64,000 nt of DNA from Armatimonadota bacterium (GCA_025358205.1 JANYKG010000119.1:14233-78232); one strand, 5' to 3'. Positions 36,008-46,434 are shown, counted from the stretch's first letter. Notes: generated by a model not told the origin, from the letters alone. Made by a program: numbers and translations.

Positions 36008-37099
36008 ATGAAAGTTTACGTTGCGGCAACCAGACAAAATGACGGCAAAACGATTGTATCCCTGGGGCTGATTGCAGCGTTTCTGCAGAGGAACAAGAAG
36101 ATCGGCTATATCAAACCTGTGGGGCAGCACTATGTGGAAGTTGACGGCCACAAGGTAGACGAAGACGCCGTGCTGGTGAAAGAAACCTATGACATCCCCG
36201 GCGAGCTTCATGACATGTCGCCGGTCGCCGTACCCCGTGGGTTCACGGAGGCGTACATCACCAACCCGAACAGGGCCGCTCTGGCCAGCAGCATCCTCGT
36301 CTCGTTTGACCGAGTATCCGAGGACAAGGATTTCGTGCTGATAGAAGGAACCGGCCATGCGGGCGTAGGCTCGGTGTTTGACATGTCGAATGCGGACGTG
36401 GCCAGCATGACTGATGCGAAGGTGATACTGGTGTCATCCGGCGGGATAGGAAAGCCGATAGACGAGATCATGCTGAACAAGGCGCTCTTCGACAGCCGGG
36501 GCGTGAGGATACTGGGCGCCATCATCAACAAGATTCAGCCGGATAAATACGAGAAGATCGCACCGCTGGTGACTAAGGGACTGCAGCGTAAGGGTATCGA
36601 GGTGCTGGGCGTTATGCCTTATGTGCCTGTGCTGTCCAACCCGACCATCGCCGAACTGCTGGCGGACATGGAAGGCGAGATGCTTAGCGGGGCCACGAAC
36701 CTGCGCAGTGTGGTGAAACGCACGCTCATCGGGGCAATGCCTCCGCACGAGGCGCTCCACTATTTCAACGACGGCACGCTGCTGATCACTCCCGGCACGC
36801 GCGAAGATATGATACTGGCGGCGCTCGGGGCATGCGGATTCGGAAACGACCTGTCATGCATCGCAGGCATCGTGCTTACAGGCGGCATACGTCCTCACGA
36901 GCGCATCATGGACCTGATAAACAGAAGCAACATCCCGGTAATCAGCGTGCCGGACGATACCTTCACCGTGGCAACGAAGATCAACAATCTGATAGTGAAG
37001 GTTAGGCCCGGCGAGACGGCGAAGATCGCGGCCAGCGAAGAGGTTGTGGCGAAGTATGTGGACATAGACCGCATCACAAGCATGCTTGCCGAAACCTGA
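36008..37099 (+). CDS. phosphotransacetylase N-terminal-like protein (BioD/CobQ-type P-loop fold plus DRTGG domain), no PTA catalytic domain
   Basis: MKVYVAATRQNDGKT resembles the Pta N-terminus. IVLTGGIRPHE is the DRTGG motif. Begins 2 nt after the glcF-like stop; SD GGGAGG. Confidence 0.6.
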   Translation: MKVYVAATRQNDGKTIVSLGLIAAFLQRNKKIGYIKPVGQHYVEVDGHKVDEDAVLVKETYDIPGELHDMSPVAVPRGFTEAYITNPNRAALASSILVSFDRVSEDKDFVLIEGTGHAGVGSVFDMSNADVASMTDAKVILVSSGGIGKPIDEIMLNKALFDSRGVRILGAIINKIQPDKYEKIAPLVTKGLQRKGIEVLGVMPYVPVLSNPTIAELLADMEGEMLSGATNLRSVVKRTLIGAMPPHEALHYFNDGTLLITPGTREDMILAALGACGFGNDLSCIAGIVLTGGIRPHERIMDLINRSNIPVISVPDDTFTVATKINNLIVKVRPGETAKIAASEEVVAKYVDIDRITSMLAET

Positions 37100-37165
37100 G
37101 CCACGTGGAAACTCTTTACAAGACCGGGAAGATACTGTATAATGCGGTGTCTTCAGCTTCGGCAT

Positions 37166-37240
37166 GGGCGGTTAGTTCAGGGGGAGAACGCCTCGTTGAC
37201 ACCGAGGAGGTCACTGGTTCAAATCCAGTATCGCCCACCA
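37166..37240 (+). tRNA. tRNA-Val (anticodon GAC), CCA encoded
   Basis: Acceptor GGGCGGT/ATCGCCC, D-arm GTTC-AGGGGGA-GAAC, anticodon stem CCTCG/CGAGG with loop TTGACAC, T-arm ACTGG-TTCAAAT-CCAGT, then ACCA. Confidence 0.88.
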
Positions 37241-37431
37241 CTCCTTTTCATTCCACCCGCATTTCTGCAGTACGCGTTGTGTCGCGTCCGTGCGTCAGAG
37301 CGTCCGGGCGATTAGCTCATCCTGTTCAGCATGTGAGAGCCTGGCAAACAACGCGTTGAAGCAGGCGATTCCGGCCGAGCCAGGATCACTGATCGGATTC
37401 ACTAAAATCCGCGCCAACCGACTATCGAGAA

Positions 37432-39093
37432 TTGCACACTATATTCCTGAAAGCCCGAGAAGCCCGGAGGAACGTCTTGAGATCACGAACCGCCCAGAAG
37501 TTGATAGCCGAGTACCTGGGAAAGGTGACCGGCTTCGCGCATCTGAAGATGGCAGACCCCCACGATGCGGAGGACCTGGCGCAGGACATTATGCTCCAGC
37601 TCATCGCCAGTCTGAACCGGGGCGCCGAGGTGAAGAACCTCGACGCCTACGTGTGGAAGGTCTCGTGCAACGTCCTGAACAGGAGTCTTCGACGCAAGCT
37701 CCACGTGACCTACGTAGGGCTGACGGGGCTGGAGCAGATCGAGGACAACACCCTCGGCCTGCTGCTGAGCCAAGAGGAAGAGGCGCTCGTCAGGCGTGAA
37801 GTGGCCCTTCTGTCGTCAGTATATCGCGACGCGGTGGTGCGTTTCTACTACGAGGGCCAGAGCGTGCGGAAGATCGCCCAGGCTCGCGGGATCAGCGAGG
37901 GCACCGTGAAATGGTGGCTTTTTGAGGCTCGCAAGGAATTGCGGAAAGGGGTGGAAATGATGCGACCGAATGGAGAGCGGAGTCTGAGACCGGGCCACCT
38001 TGGCTTGGCGATCAATGGCAGTGCGGGGAGGAACGGTGAGCCGTTCAGACTCGTGAATGGAAACCTACTGGCCCAGAACATCCTGCTGGCGGCGTACGAG
38101 AAGCCAATGGACGAGGCCGCGCTATCGCAAGAGTTGGGGGTGGCGCGCCCCTACGTGGAAGGCGAGGTTGACCTGCTGGTTGCGGCAGAACTGCTGACGA
38201 AGGTCGGCGGGGATACCTTCCAGACAGACTTTGTAATATCGCGTGCCGAGATGCGAATGGAAGCTGCGGAGATAGTCGAGCGGGTCTATCAGGAGATCAA
38301 GGGCGAGCTGGATGCCTTCATCGACGACCAGATACTTCTGCTGATGCAGCCTCAATCAAACGAGGCCAATTTCTCAGCCGAGCGCATAAGGTGGGTAGCG
38401 GTCCTCATTGTAGTGAAGATGCTATCACAGACGACCTACAGGAAGATCATGGACCCTGTGCCGACTCCCGAACGCCCGGAATGCGGCAGGTGGATCGCTC
38501 TAGGTTTCGCGCATGGTGAGGATCCGCAACCAAATAACGCTATGAGGTACGGCCACAACGGCCCCATGTCGGGCTACTTCGGCGATGGCGGAAGATATGG
38601 AGTTGGGCTCCTGTTGCATCAGTTCAGCGGATTGAATCTCGATGAGACAGGGCAGCAGTTGTTCAACACAGGAGGTGCGACCGTCTCCATGTGCATGGAC
38701 CTGGCGAAAGGTCAACTTAACGAAGAGGCTTTGGGCGAAGTCGAGAAGCAGGTGTTGGCAGAGGCGATCCGCTGGCGCTTGATCGTGCGAAAAAATGGGG
38801 TGCTCAAACCTAACTACTTGTTCGTGCCCAAGGTTTGCATGAGCGCCATAGAGGAATCTTGCGCGCAGTTCGGCGAGCGTCACCTGGGACAGTTGCGCGA
38901 GATGATTGAAGGCGTAAGCGCAGTCGTGCGTAAGCACTCCCCGGAACACGTCGGGTGGCAGGTAGCAACGTACAGCAATACCTTCTACTGCCAACTGATG
39001 CCGATGCTGCTTGATGACTACTACATAGAGGGCCGTCTCTCTCAACCTCGTGAGGAGGACAAGCACCTGCTCTCGTTCTACCTTTCGGGCTGA
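37432..39093 (+). CDS. ECF-type sigma factor fused to a roughly 370-aa soluble C-terminal extension
   Basis: Region 2 (DPHDAEDLAQDIMLQL) and region 4 (SVRKIAQARGISEGTVKWWLFEARKELR), followed by a long domain of unknown function with no TM helix. TTG start. Confidence 0.65.
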   Translation: MHTIFLKAREARRNVLRSRTAQKLIAEYLGKVTGFAHLKMADPHDAEDLAQDIMLQLIASLNRGAEVKNLDAYVWKVSCNVLNRSLRRKLHVTYVGLTGLEQIEDNTLGLLLSQEEEALVRREVALLSSVYRDAVVRFYYEGQSVRKIAQARGISEGTVKWWLFEARKELRKGVEMMRPNGERSLRPGHLGLAINGSAGRNGEPFRLVNGNLLAQNILLAAYEKPMDEAALSQELGVARPYVEGEVDLLVAAELLTKVGGDTFQTDFVISRAEMRMEAAEIVERVYQEIKGELDAFIDDQILLLMQPQSNEANFSAERIRWVAVLIVVKMLSQTTYRKIMDPVPTPERPECGRWIALGFAHGEDPQPNNAMRYGHNGPMSGYFGDGGRYGVGLLLHQFSGLNLDETGQQLFNTGGATVSMCMDLAKGQLNEEALGEVEKQVLAEAIRWRLIVRKNGVLKPNYLFVPKVCMSAIEESCAQFGERHLGQLREMIEGVSAVVRKHSPEHVGWQVATYSNTFYCQLMPMLLDDYYIEGRLSQPREEDKHLLSFYLSG

Positions 39094-39213
39094 TCCTGCC
39101 TGCGCCGTTGCAGTTCGACGAGAACATGCCGACATGATTCGCCGCCCGGCCTGGAGACCGTTCGTGGAAGTTATCAGTGAACGGTGGGCTGGAATCGGTC
39201 TTCCGTTGACTGG

Positions 39214-40122
39214 TTACTGCTCATTGATAACTGATTCGTCCTCTGCCATCTCGGCTGCTTTTCGCCGCTTCTTGATCTGCCGGGCGCGGAAGGCGAAGAC
39301 CGCCAAGACCGCCATCAGGCCCGAGACCAGCGAGGTGAGAATGCGCATCGTCCGTGCCGTGCCGTATTTATCCCAGAGGTACTTCTGCCAGTCATCGTCG
39401 AACTGCTCCGGCGTTCGGCCAATGCTGTTGAAGAGCGCGGTCGGGAACAGCTCGCCCTTCTCCAGTTCGCCAAACAGGTCAAGCAGCGACTGAGGGCTGT
39501 ATGTGTCCGCCATGTATTTCACCGCCGAATAGCTCTCCACATATGCCGTGGACAGACCATCATCGTCCGTGGGAAATGCGCGGGATAGCTTGGCGAGGGG
39601 GATGATGTGCCCGCCGCCCGCGGTATCGGCCAGCTTGTCCGCGTCGTTGCCGGTCCAGTCGCCCGCCCAGTATTTCGCAAGGCCTTCGTGCATCCAGATC
39701 GGCAACCGGGTCGCGCTGCCCTTCAGCCGCTGGTAGGTGAAGATATGGACCAGTTCGTGCGGTATCACACCCGCCACTGATGTGAATGCCCCGGAAGCGT
39801 CCACCTGGATTCTTCGCAGTCGAACGTGCGCCAGCCCGACGATGCTGCTGCCGGGAGCGTATCCGGTGGCGGCGGAAAAAGCGCGCCGGTCGGGGTAGAG
39901 GTAGATCGGCACCGTGCCGACCGAGGTCAACTGCATCTTCTGTGCGAGGATCGCCTGCCATTTCTCGGCGGTGTCGCCCGCCCACTGCGCGACGGACTCA
40001 TCGCCGGCGGTGTAGTAGATCATGAAGTGGTTGGTCCGCATCACGCGCCACTGCACATCGGCCCGGGCGCATTGCCCGAGCAGTGTGAGCAGAACCATCA
40101 TTGTGACGAGCAGCCGTTTCAT
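39214..40122 (-). CDS. secreted peptidase-MA-like zinc metalloprotease (HExxH) with C-terminal TM anchor
   Basis: Signal peptide; HELVHIFT...MHEGLAKY; C-terminal hydrophobic helix and a basic tail. Confidence 0.5.
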   Translation of the reverse strand: MKRLLVTMMVLLTLLGQCARADVQWRVMRTNHFMIYYTAGDESVAQWAGDTAEKWQAILAQKMQLTSVGTVPIYLYPDRRAFSAATGYAPGSSIVGLAHVRLRRIQVDASGAFTSVAGVIPHELVHIFTYQRLKGSATRLPIWMHEGLAKYWAGDWTGNDADKLADTAGGGHIIPLAKLSRAFPTDDDGLSTAYVESYSAVKYMADTYSPQSLLDLFGELEKGELFPTALFNSIGRTPEQFDDDWQKYLWDKYGTARTMRILTSLVSGLMAVLAVFAFRARQIKKRRKAAEMAEDESVINEQ

Positions 40123-40153
40123 GATATCGGCAGTCTAGCACATCCTAGGGAAA

Positions 40154-40190
40154 ACTTCCAACATTCAACTTCCAACCTCCAACATCGAAG
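40154..40190. repeat. heptamer array [TTCCAAC]x5 (cttccaacattcaacttccaacctccaacatcgaa)
   Basis: Seen directly; intergenic, upstream of the 40282 start. Confidence 0.85.
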
Positions 40191-40281
40191 GGCAGATGCC
40201 CGTCACCCAACAAAGGAGCCAGGCATATCCGAGTCGAACGTTATGCCAACGGATCTCGTATTCCAAGAAGAGGTAGTTCAC

Positions 40282-42042
40282 ATGAAAACAATCTGTGCAG
40301 CGGCTCTGATACTGCTGATCTCAGCTTCTGTACTCGGGGCTGCTCAATCGAAGAGGAGTGAAACGATGATGACACCTAGTGCCGGGCGCATCATAGTCGT
40401 GCCGGACCAGGCGAGTCCGGTCGTGCTGTATGCCGCGAAGGAGCTTCAGTATTTCCTCGGCGAGATCAGCGGAACCAAGCCGATCATCGCGAAGGAAAGC
40501 AAGTCGGACGGCAAATCCGCGTTCGTGATTGGCCCATGCAAGCGCAGTGTGGATGTACAGAAATCGCTCAAAGGTCTCCGCGAAGACGGCGTACTTATCA
40601 AGTCCGTGGGCAACGACATCGTGCTCCTCGGTCAGAACGACCGCGGGCAGCTCTACAGCGTCTACGTGCTGCTAGAAAAATTCATGGGCGTGGAGTTCCT
40701 AGCGCGCGACTGCACCGTTATCCCCAAGAGGAGCAAGATAGTGCTGTCGGAGATAGACTACGCTTACTCGCCGCCGTTCATGTACCGTGAAACGCTCTAC
40801 TGGGACAGCTTCCCGAAGGAGATCGCCACGCGTCAGCGGCTGAACGGCCCATACGCGAAGGTCGGCGCCGACGTAGGCGGGAAGATACAGATATTCCCCT
40901 ACGTCCACAGTTCCGCCAAGCTCGTCCCGCCGTCGAAATACTACGCAGAGCATCCCGAATACTTCAGCCTGATCGGTGGCAAGCGGACGAACCAGACCGT
41001 CCATGGCCAGCTCTGCCTCACGAACCCGGATGTCCTCAAGATCGCGACTGCTGAGGTGATGAAGTGGATCAAGGAAAACCCGGATGTCCCTATCTTCGAC
41101 GTCTCGCAGAACGACGGAAACGGCGCGTGCGAGTGCGACAAGTGCATGGCGGTCGTCAAAGAGGAAGGCTCGCAGCACGGCCCGATCATGCGGTTCGTGA
41201 ATGCGATTGCTGACGAAGTAGCGAAAAAATACCCAGACAAGTGGATCGAGACGCTGGCATACGCGTACTCCACAAAGCCCGGCTCGATCACCCTGCCGCA
41301 CAAGAATGTCATCATCCGCCTGTGCCACGCGGGCTGCTTCTTCCACGGGTTCGAGCAGTGCGGGCTGGGCGCAAACTTCGCCAACTATATCAACGAATGG
41401 AGCAAGCAGACCGACCGGATCTTCATCTGGCACTATGCCACCAACTTCGCGCACTACATCGCGCCGAACCAGAATCTGAACGGGCTGGCCAAAGACATTA
41501 AATACTACGCCTCGCACAAGGTCAATGGGTTGATGATTCAGGGCGACTACGAGAGTCCGGGCGGTGAGCTGGCCGAACTGAGGCAGTACCTGTCCGCACG
41601 GCTCATGTGGGACCCCAGCCTCGACCCGATGGAGATCAGGCGAGAGTTCTGCCAGGGTTACTACGGCGCGGCGTCGGCAGACGTGCTGACGTACCTGGCG
41701 CTGATGGACAAGACGGCGGCAGACCCGACCAGGCACGCGTTTGCCGCGTGGGACCCGAAGACCACTATGCCCGACACCGTGCTCGCGGACGGCCTGAAGC
41801 TGATCGAACGCGCTCGGAAGCGGTCACTGACCCCGGAGCAGGCTGGTCGGGTGGACAGGCTCTTCCTGCCGATGTGGTACATGCAGTTGACCTATCCTGA
41901 TGCCTACGGATTCGACGTGTCCAAAGCCCCCGCCGTCGTCAAGGAATTCAGGCGCGTCGTCAAGGCAAGCGGCATCACCCGTATCCGCGAAGGCGGCGAC
42001 ATCGAAACTTGGCTGAAGGAGATGGAGACGAAGTATCCCTGA
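40282..42042 (+). CDS. secreted DUF4838-like putative glycoside hydrolase (GH20-related fold)
   Basis: Signal peptide from ATG 40282 (SD AAGAAGAGG). CECDKC motif. Overall resemblance to DUF4838 proteins. Its stop TGA is embedded in a GTGATGAGTGA element. Confidence 0.45.
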   Translation: MKTICAAALILLISASVLGAAQSKRSETMMTPSAGRIIVVPDQASPVVLYAAKELQYFLGEISGTKPIIAKESKSDGKSAFVIGPCKRSVDVQKSLKGLREDGVLIKSVGNDIVLLGQNDRGQLYSVYVLLEKFMGVEFLARDCTVIPKRSKIVLSEIDYAYSPPFMYRETLYWDSFPKEIATRQRLNGPYAKVGADVGGKIQIFPYVHSSAKLVPPSKYYAEHPEYFSLIGGKRTNQTVHGQLCLTNPDVLKIATAEVMKWIKENPDVPIFDVSQNDGNGACECDKCMAVVKEEGSQHGPIMRFVNAIADEVAKKYPDKWIETLAYAYSTKPGSITLPHKNVIIRLCHAGCFFHGFEQCGLGANFANYINEWSKQTDRIFIWHYATNFAHYIAPNQNLNGLAKDIKYYASHKVNGLMIQGDYESPGGELAELRQYLSARLMWDPSLDPMEIRREFCQGYYGAASADVLTYLALMDKTAADPTRHAFAAWDPKTTMPDTVLADGLKLIERARKRSLTPEQAGRVDRLFLPMWYMQLTYPDAYGFDVSKAPAVVKEFRRVVKASGITRIREGGDIETWLKEMETKYP

Positions 42043-42067
42043 TGAGTGACGAGTGATGAGTGAACTG
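42039..42067. repeat. GTGATGAGTGA-family element (ctgatgagtgacgagtgatgagtgaactg) with TGA in all three frames
   Basis: At the stop of the DUF4838-like gene. Confidence 0.8.
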
Positions 42068-42085
42068 CAGGTGGGGGTCTGAGCA

Positions 42086-43633
42086 ATGAACGAAAAGATC
42101 ATCCTGGTGATGCTGATGGTACTGATGCTGGCTGCATATGCCCCTGCGGCCGACAAAACCATGCTGTTCGTGGACGACCACGACGTACTGTATCGCTCGG
42201 GCACGGAGCGCGTGCAGAACCCCGCAAAGCGCTTTGCCGGTAACCCAATCATCAAGCAGGATAAGCCCTGGGAAGCAGCCATCGCGTGGGTGACCGTCCA
42301 CCGCAACGCGGCGACCGGCAAGTATCAGTTGTGGTATCAGGCCTATGCCGGCGTTCGCGCGAAGGACAAACGCTTCAGGTGCGTTGTCTGCTACGCTGAG
42401 TCGAACGACGGCATCCGTTTCACCAAGCCGGACCTCGGGCTATTCCCGTTCAACGACGTGAAGAACACGAATATCGTTCTCATCGCGAACGCTGGCCATT
42501 CTGACCGGTATGCGAACGCGGTGGTTTTCGATCCTCTGGACAAAAACCCGGACCGCCGGTATAAGATGGCGTACACTGACTTCGCGATGGACGGCGGCAA
42601 GGAGTACCCCGGTCTCAACGTCGCCTTCTCACCTGACGGAATCCATTGGACCAAGTACCCCAAGGCGCCCGTGCTTCGGACGAGCTACGGTGACCTGGAA
42701 AGCCCCGTGCCTTTCACTGACGAGACCGGGCGGAAGTGGTGGGATAACCCGCTCTCCATGGCTGACGCTGTTGACGTGTTCTACGACCCAGTGCGCAAAG
42801 TGTTCGTAAACTACGCCAAGATGTGGATAGACGGACCGGCAGGCGGGATGTACTGGAAGCACGCGATGGGCAGAACTGAGAGCAAGGATTTCATCCACTG
42901 GACGGACGCCGAACTGGCGCTCACGCCGGACGACCTGGACGCGCCGAGCGTCGAATTCCACACCTCACCGGTGTTCTACTACAACCGCCGCTACTTCTGT
43001 CTGAACCAAATCCTGAACCGTGGGGTCGGCGGCGGGGTGATTAACATCGAGTTGATGGTCAGCCGCGATGGATACGCCTGGGACCGCCCGTTTCGCAAGG
43101 AGTTCTTCCTGCCGCGTGGTGAGGCCGGTCAGTTCGACAGCGGCTCGGTCTTCACGAACTCGACGCCGGTTGTTCTGGACAACGAGATCCGCTTCTACTT
43201 CGGCGGCTACGGATCAGGAGCCACCGGCGGCGATGACGAGAACATGCAGAGCGGCATTGGTTTCGCGACCATCCAGCGCGACCGGTTCGCGGGAATCAGG
43301 CCCATGGCGAAGAGCGACCAGGCCACGCTTCGGAAACCTCTGGAGCACATCGGGCAGGTCACGCTCAAGCCGGTGGACCTGAGCAATGTCAAGAACATTT
43401 CGCTCAACGCGGATGCGTCGAACGGTTCCATTCGCGTGGAACTGCTGAACTCACGAGGGCGCAGGATACGCGGTTTCTCCGCGGACGATTGCGAACCGGT
43501 GAAGGGCGATTCCCTCGCACACAGAGTGGCGTGGAAAGGCAAGGCGCCGGCCGATCTGCCCCACACAGAGTACATGATACGGATACATTTGGACAATGCG
43601 ACCGTCTACGCAATCAGTCTTGATTCACACTAA
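42086..43633 (+). CDS. secreted beta-propeller glycoside hydrolase-like protein (GH43/GH130/GH32 superfamily)
   Basis: Signal peptide. Pattern-level similarity only. Confidence 0.4.
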   Translation: MNEKIILVMLMVLMLAAYAPAADKTMLFVDDHDVLYRSGTERVQNPAKRFAGNPIIKQDKPWEAAIAWVTVHRNAATGKYQLWYQAYAGVRAKDKRFRCVVCYAESNDGIRFTKPDLGLFPFNDVKNTNIVLIANAGHSDRYANAVVFDPLDKNPDRRYKMAYTDFAMDGGKEYPGLNVAFSPDGIHWTKYPKAPVLRTSYGDLESPVPFTDETGRKWWDNPLSMADAVDVFYDPVRKVFVNYAKMWIDGPAGGMYWKHAMGRTESKDFIHWTDAELALTPDDLDAPSVEFHTSPVFYYNRRYFCLNQILNRGVGGGVINIELMVSRDGYAWDRPFRKEFFLPRGEAGQFDSGSVFTNSTPVVLDNEIRFYFGGYGSGATGGDDENMQSGIGFATIQRDRFAGIRPMAKSDQATLRKPLEHIGQVTLKPVDLSNVKNISLNADASNGSIRVELLNSRGRRIRGFSADDCEPVKGDSLAHRVAWKGKAPADLPHTEYMIRIHLDNATVYAISLDSH

Positions 43634-43648
43634 CACAGGAGAGCGGAC

Positions 43649-45259
43649 TTGCAGTACAGATTCAAGCTACTTGTTTCTCTGGCGGCGATACTCGCCTTGG
43701 GCGCTGGGTTGCCCGTTCCCTCAAGAGGGGCCAACATGACGACTATTCGGATTGATATTCACGATCAGAAGCAAGTGATGCACAGCTTCGGCGCGTCGGA
43801 TTGCTGGAGTTGCCAGTTCGTGGGTGAGTACTGGCCGTTGGAAAAGCGCAAGGCCATCGCCGACCTGCTGTTCAGCATGGAAACGGACAGCAAAGGCAAT
43901 CCCAAGGGAATCGGGCTGTCCATGTGGCGCTTCAACGTCGGGGCGGGTAGCGCCGAGCAGGGTGACGCCAGCCGGATCAACTCCGAGTGGCACCGTGCCG
44001 AGTGCTTTCTTACCCCGGATGGCACGTGGGATTGGCAGAAGGAGCGCGGACAGCAGTGGTTCCTTCAGGCCGCACATGACCGCGGCGTGCCGTACCTTCT
44101 CGCCTACGCTATCTCCCCGCCGGTGCAGTACACGCTCAACGGCATCGCGCACTCGGATGCAGGACGCCATACTCTGAACATCAAACCGGACGCGATGCCG
44201 GACTTCGCCTCGTTCCTCGTTGACGTGGCCGAGCACTTCCACAGGAAGGGGCTGAACCTCGACTACATCAGCCCCGTGAACGAGCCGCAGTGGGGCTGGG
44301 GCAGCGCCAAGCAGGAGGGATCACCGGCAAGCAACGCCGATATCGCCGAACTCAGCAGACTGATTGCAGGCGGGTTGGAGGATAGAGGGCTGCCGTCCAA
44401 GGTCGTAATCGGTGAAGCCGGGAGTCTGGACTTCCTGACAGAGAGGAAGGAGGAGGTCAGCGGCGATCAAGTGAAGGCGTTCTGGGACTCGGCGTCGCCG
44501 TGTTATCTGGGAGGCGTGCAGGACGTGGCGCACATCATATCCGGTCACAGCTACTTCAGAACCTGGCCGGTGTCCAAGCAGATATCCACCAATGAGCGAA
44601 TCCACGAGGTGATCGCCCAGACCGACCCGAATCTCGCGTTTTGGCAGACTGAGTTCTGCATCCTGGAGGCAAATCCCGAGATCGGCGGAGGCTGGGGGCG
44701 CGATCTAAGCATGGACACCGCGCTCTACGTGGCAAGGGTGATTCACAACGACGTCGCCATCGCCAATGCCACGCATTGGGCCTGGTGGCTGGCGATCTCA
44801 CAGTCGGACTACAAGGACGGACTGGTCTACATTGACTTTGCGGATGACTACGAGCCTGGCAAACGGCCCGGGAACACCGACGCGTTGAAATACGACGGGA
44901 AGGTGCTGCCCTCAAAACTGCTCTGGACGCTGGGCAACTTCTCGCGGTTTGTCCGCCCCGGCATGGTGCGGGTCGGAGTCTCATACGACGATAACCGCTC
45001 GCCGTTGGATGCAGCAAACACCCTCATGATCTCGGCGTATCTGGACAAGAAGACTCGCCAGTTGGCGGTCGTACTTGTCAACAGCGAGAACAAGACCCAG
45101 GCGGTACACCTGGCTGATATCAAGGTTCAGCGCGGAGTCTTCGCGAGCTACACAACCTCGGATACCAGCAACCTGCGGAAAAGCTCCATGCGCGCGAATA
45201 GGGTGTCCATCCCGCCCAGGTCGGTGGTGACGCTGGTAGGCCATCTTGAGGACAAGTGA
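43649..45259 (+). CDS. secreted GH30 family glycoside hydrolase (glucosylceramidase/xylanase-like)
   Basis: TTG start with SD AGGAGAG. Signal peptide. GH30-like blocks MHSFGASDCWS and YISPVNEPQWGW (NEP acid/base). Confidence 0.7.
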   Translation: MQYRFKLLVSLAAILALGAGLPVPSRGANMTTIRIDIHDQKQVMHSFGASDCWSCQFVGEYWPLEKRKAIADLLFSMETDSKGNPKGIGLSMWRFNVGAGSAEQGDASRINSEWHRAECFLTPDGTWDWQKERGQQWFLQAAHDRGVPYLLAYAISPPVQYTLNGIAHSDAGRHTLNIKPDAMPDFASFLVDVAEHFHRKGLNLDYISPVNEPQWGWGSAKQEGSPASNADIAELSRLIAGGLEDRGLPSKVVIGEAGSLDFLTERKEEVSGDQVKAFWDSASPCYLGGVQDVAHIISGHSYFRTWPVSKQISTNERIHEVIAQTDPNLAFWQTEFCILEANPEIGGGWGRDLSMDTALYVARVIHNDVAIANATHWAWWLAISQSDYKDGLVYIDFADDYEPGKRPGNTDALKYDGKVLPSKLLWTLGNFSRFVRPGMVRVGVSYDDNRSPLDAANTLMISAYLDKKTRQLAVVLVNSENKTQAVHLADIKVQRGVFASYTTSDTSNLRKSSMRANRVSIPPRSVVTLVGHLEDK

Positions 45260-45417
45260 TCGGCGATGAAACACCGTGCCAAACGCGGGCGCAGCGCCGC
45301 TTGGCGGAAACCCGAATAATTATTCGAGTATAATCGATAGTTTCGCTGGTCGCCTACTACGGTAAAATGGGGGATCACCAGCCCGCCGTTCGTCAATATG
45401 GACATCCCAATCCTACT

Positions 45418-45446
45418 TGGCATGAGTACATGATTGCGCTATAATG
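45418..45446 (+). promoter_or_regulatory. sigma70 promoter, TTGGCA-N17-TATAAT, upstream of mrr
   Basis: Read directly. The 14-bp perfect palindrome CGAATAATTATTCG at 45314-45327 lies further upstream. Confidence 0.45.
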
Positions 45447-45490
45447 CAGGCATCGTGATAGACCTTCTATCTGGCTGAGTAGAGACGAAC

Positions 45491-46420
45491 ATGCCTGTTC
45501 CCGATTTCCAGCAGTTCTTCAGACCCATTCTGATTCTGATGAGCGATGGTGTTCCTCGCACTGCAGACGATGTCGAACAGGTGCTCGTAACGCAGTTCAA
45601 GATAGCCCCAGAAGACCAGGATGAATTGCTGCCGAAGGTCAACCGGACTCGGCTTCGCAGCAATGTGCTCTGGGCGCTTACCTATCTCAAACAGGCAGGC
45701 CTGTTGCTAGCGCCTAAGCGTGGGGTCACCCAAATTACCTCCCGCGGCACTGATTATGCTAAGCGGGCTCCGAACCCTTTGAAGATACCAGCTTTGACCG
45801 AGTTTCCGGAATTCGTCGAGTTCCAGAGAAGATCCAAACCTACTAAGAAACCATCTGAACCCAAACAGAAACTGCTACTGGACGACATCGTTAATGCTGA
45901 AACGCCCGAGGAACGGATAAGTTCGGCCCACTTGGAACACAACGCCGCACTCGCGCAAGAAGTACTGAGTAGTGTTAAGAGCATGTCTCCGGCATTCTTT
46001 GAGCAACTGATCGTAGACCTGATGCTGAGACTAGGATACGGGGGCGCTGGGGCGGAGTCCGGCCAGACACTTGGTAAGTCGGGCGATGGTGGCGTAGATG
46101 GTGTCATAAGCCAGGACAAACTTGGGCTTGAGAAAATCTACCTTCAGGCTAAGCGGTGGACTGACGTGAAGGTGGGAAGCAAGGACGTGCAGGCGTTCGT
46201 AGGTGCGCTGACCGGGCAAGGTGCGCTAAAGGGAGTATTCATCACGACTTCCGCGTTCACCAAAGAGGCGACCCAATACGTCAAGAATATCCCAAACATC
46301 AAGCTGTCTCTGATAGATGGTCTTCAACTTGCTGACCTTATGATAGAATATGACCTTGGAGTTGCCGTCGTGGCGCGCTACGATGTCAAGCGTGTGGATT
46401 CCGATTTCTTCGGCGACTGA
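45491..46420 (+). CDS. mrr: Mrr-type modification-dependent restriction endonuclease (Mrr_N winged helix plus Mrr_cat)
   Basis: FEQLIVDLMLRLGY...GKSGDGGVDGVI...YLQAKRW catalytic signature and N-terminal wHTH. Confidence 0.85.
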   Translation: MPVPDFQQFFRPILILMSDGVPRTADDVEQVLVTQFKIAPEDQDELLPKVNRTRLRSNVLWALTYLKQAGLLLAPKRGVTQITSRGTDYAKRAPNPLKIPALTEFPEFVEFQRRSKPTKKPSEPKQKLLLDDIVNAETPEERISSAHLEHNAALAQEVLSSVKSMSPAFFEQLIVDLMLRLGYGGAGAESGQTLGKSGDGGVDGVISQDKLGLEKIYLQAKRWTDVKVGSKDVQAFVGALTGQGALKGVFITTSAFTKEATQYVKNIPNIKLSLIDGLQLADLMIEYDLGVAVVARYDVKRVDSDFFGD

Positions 46421-46434
46421 CGAGCGTTGGATGC

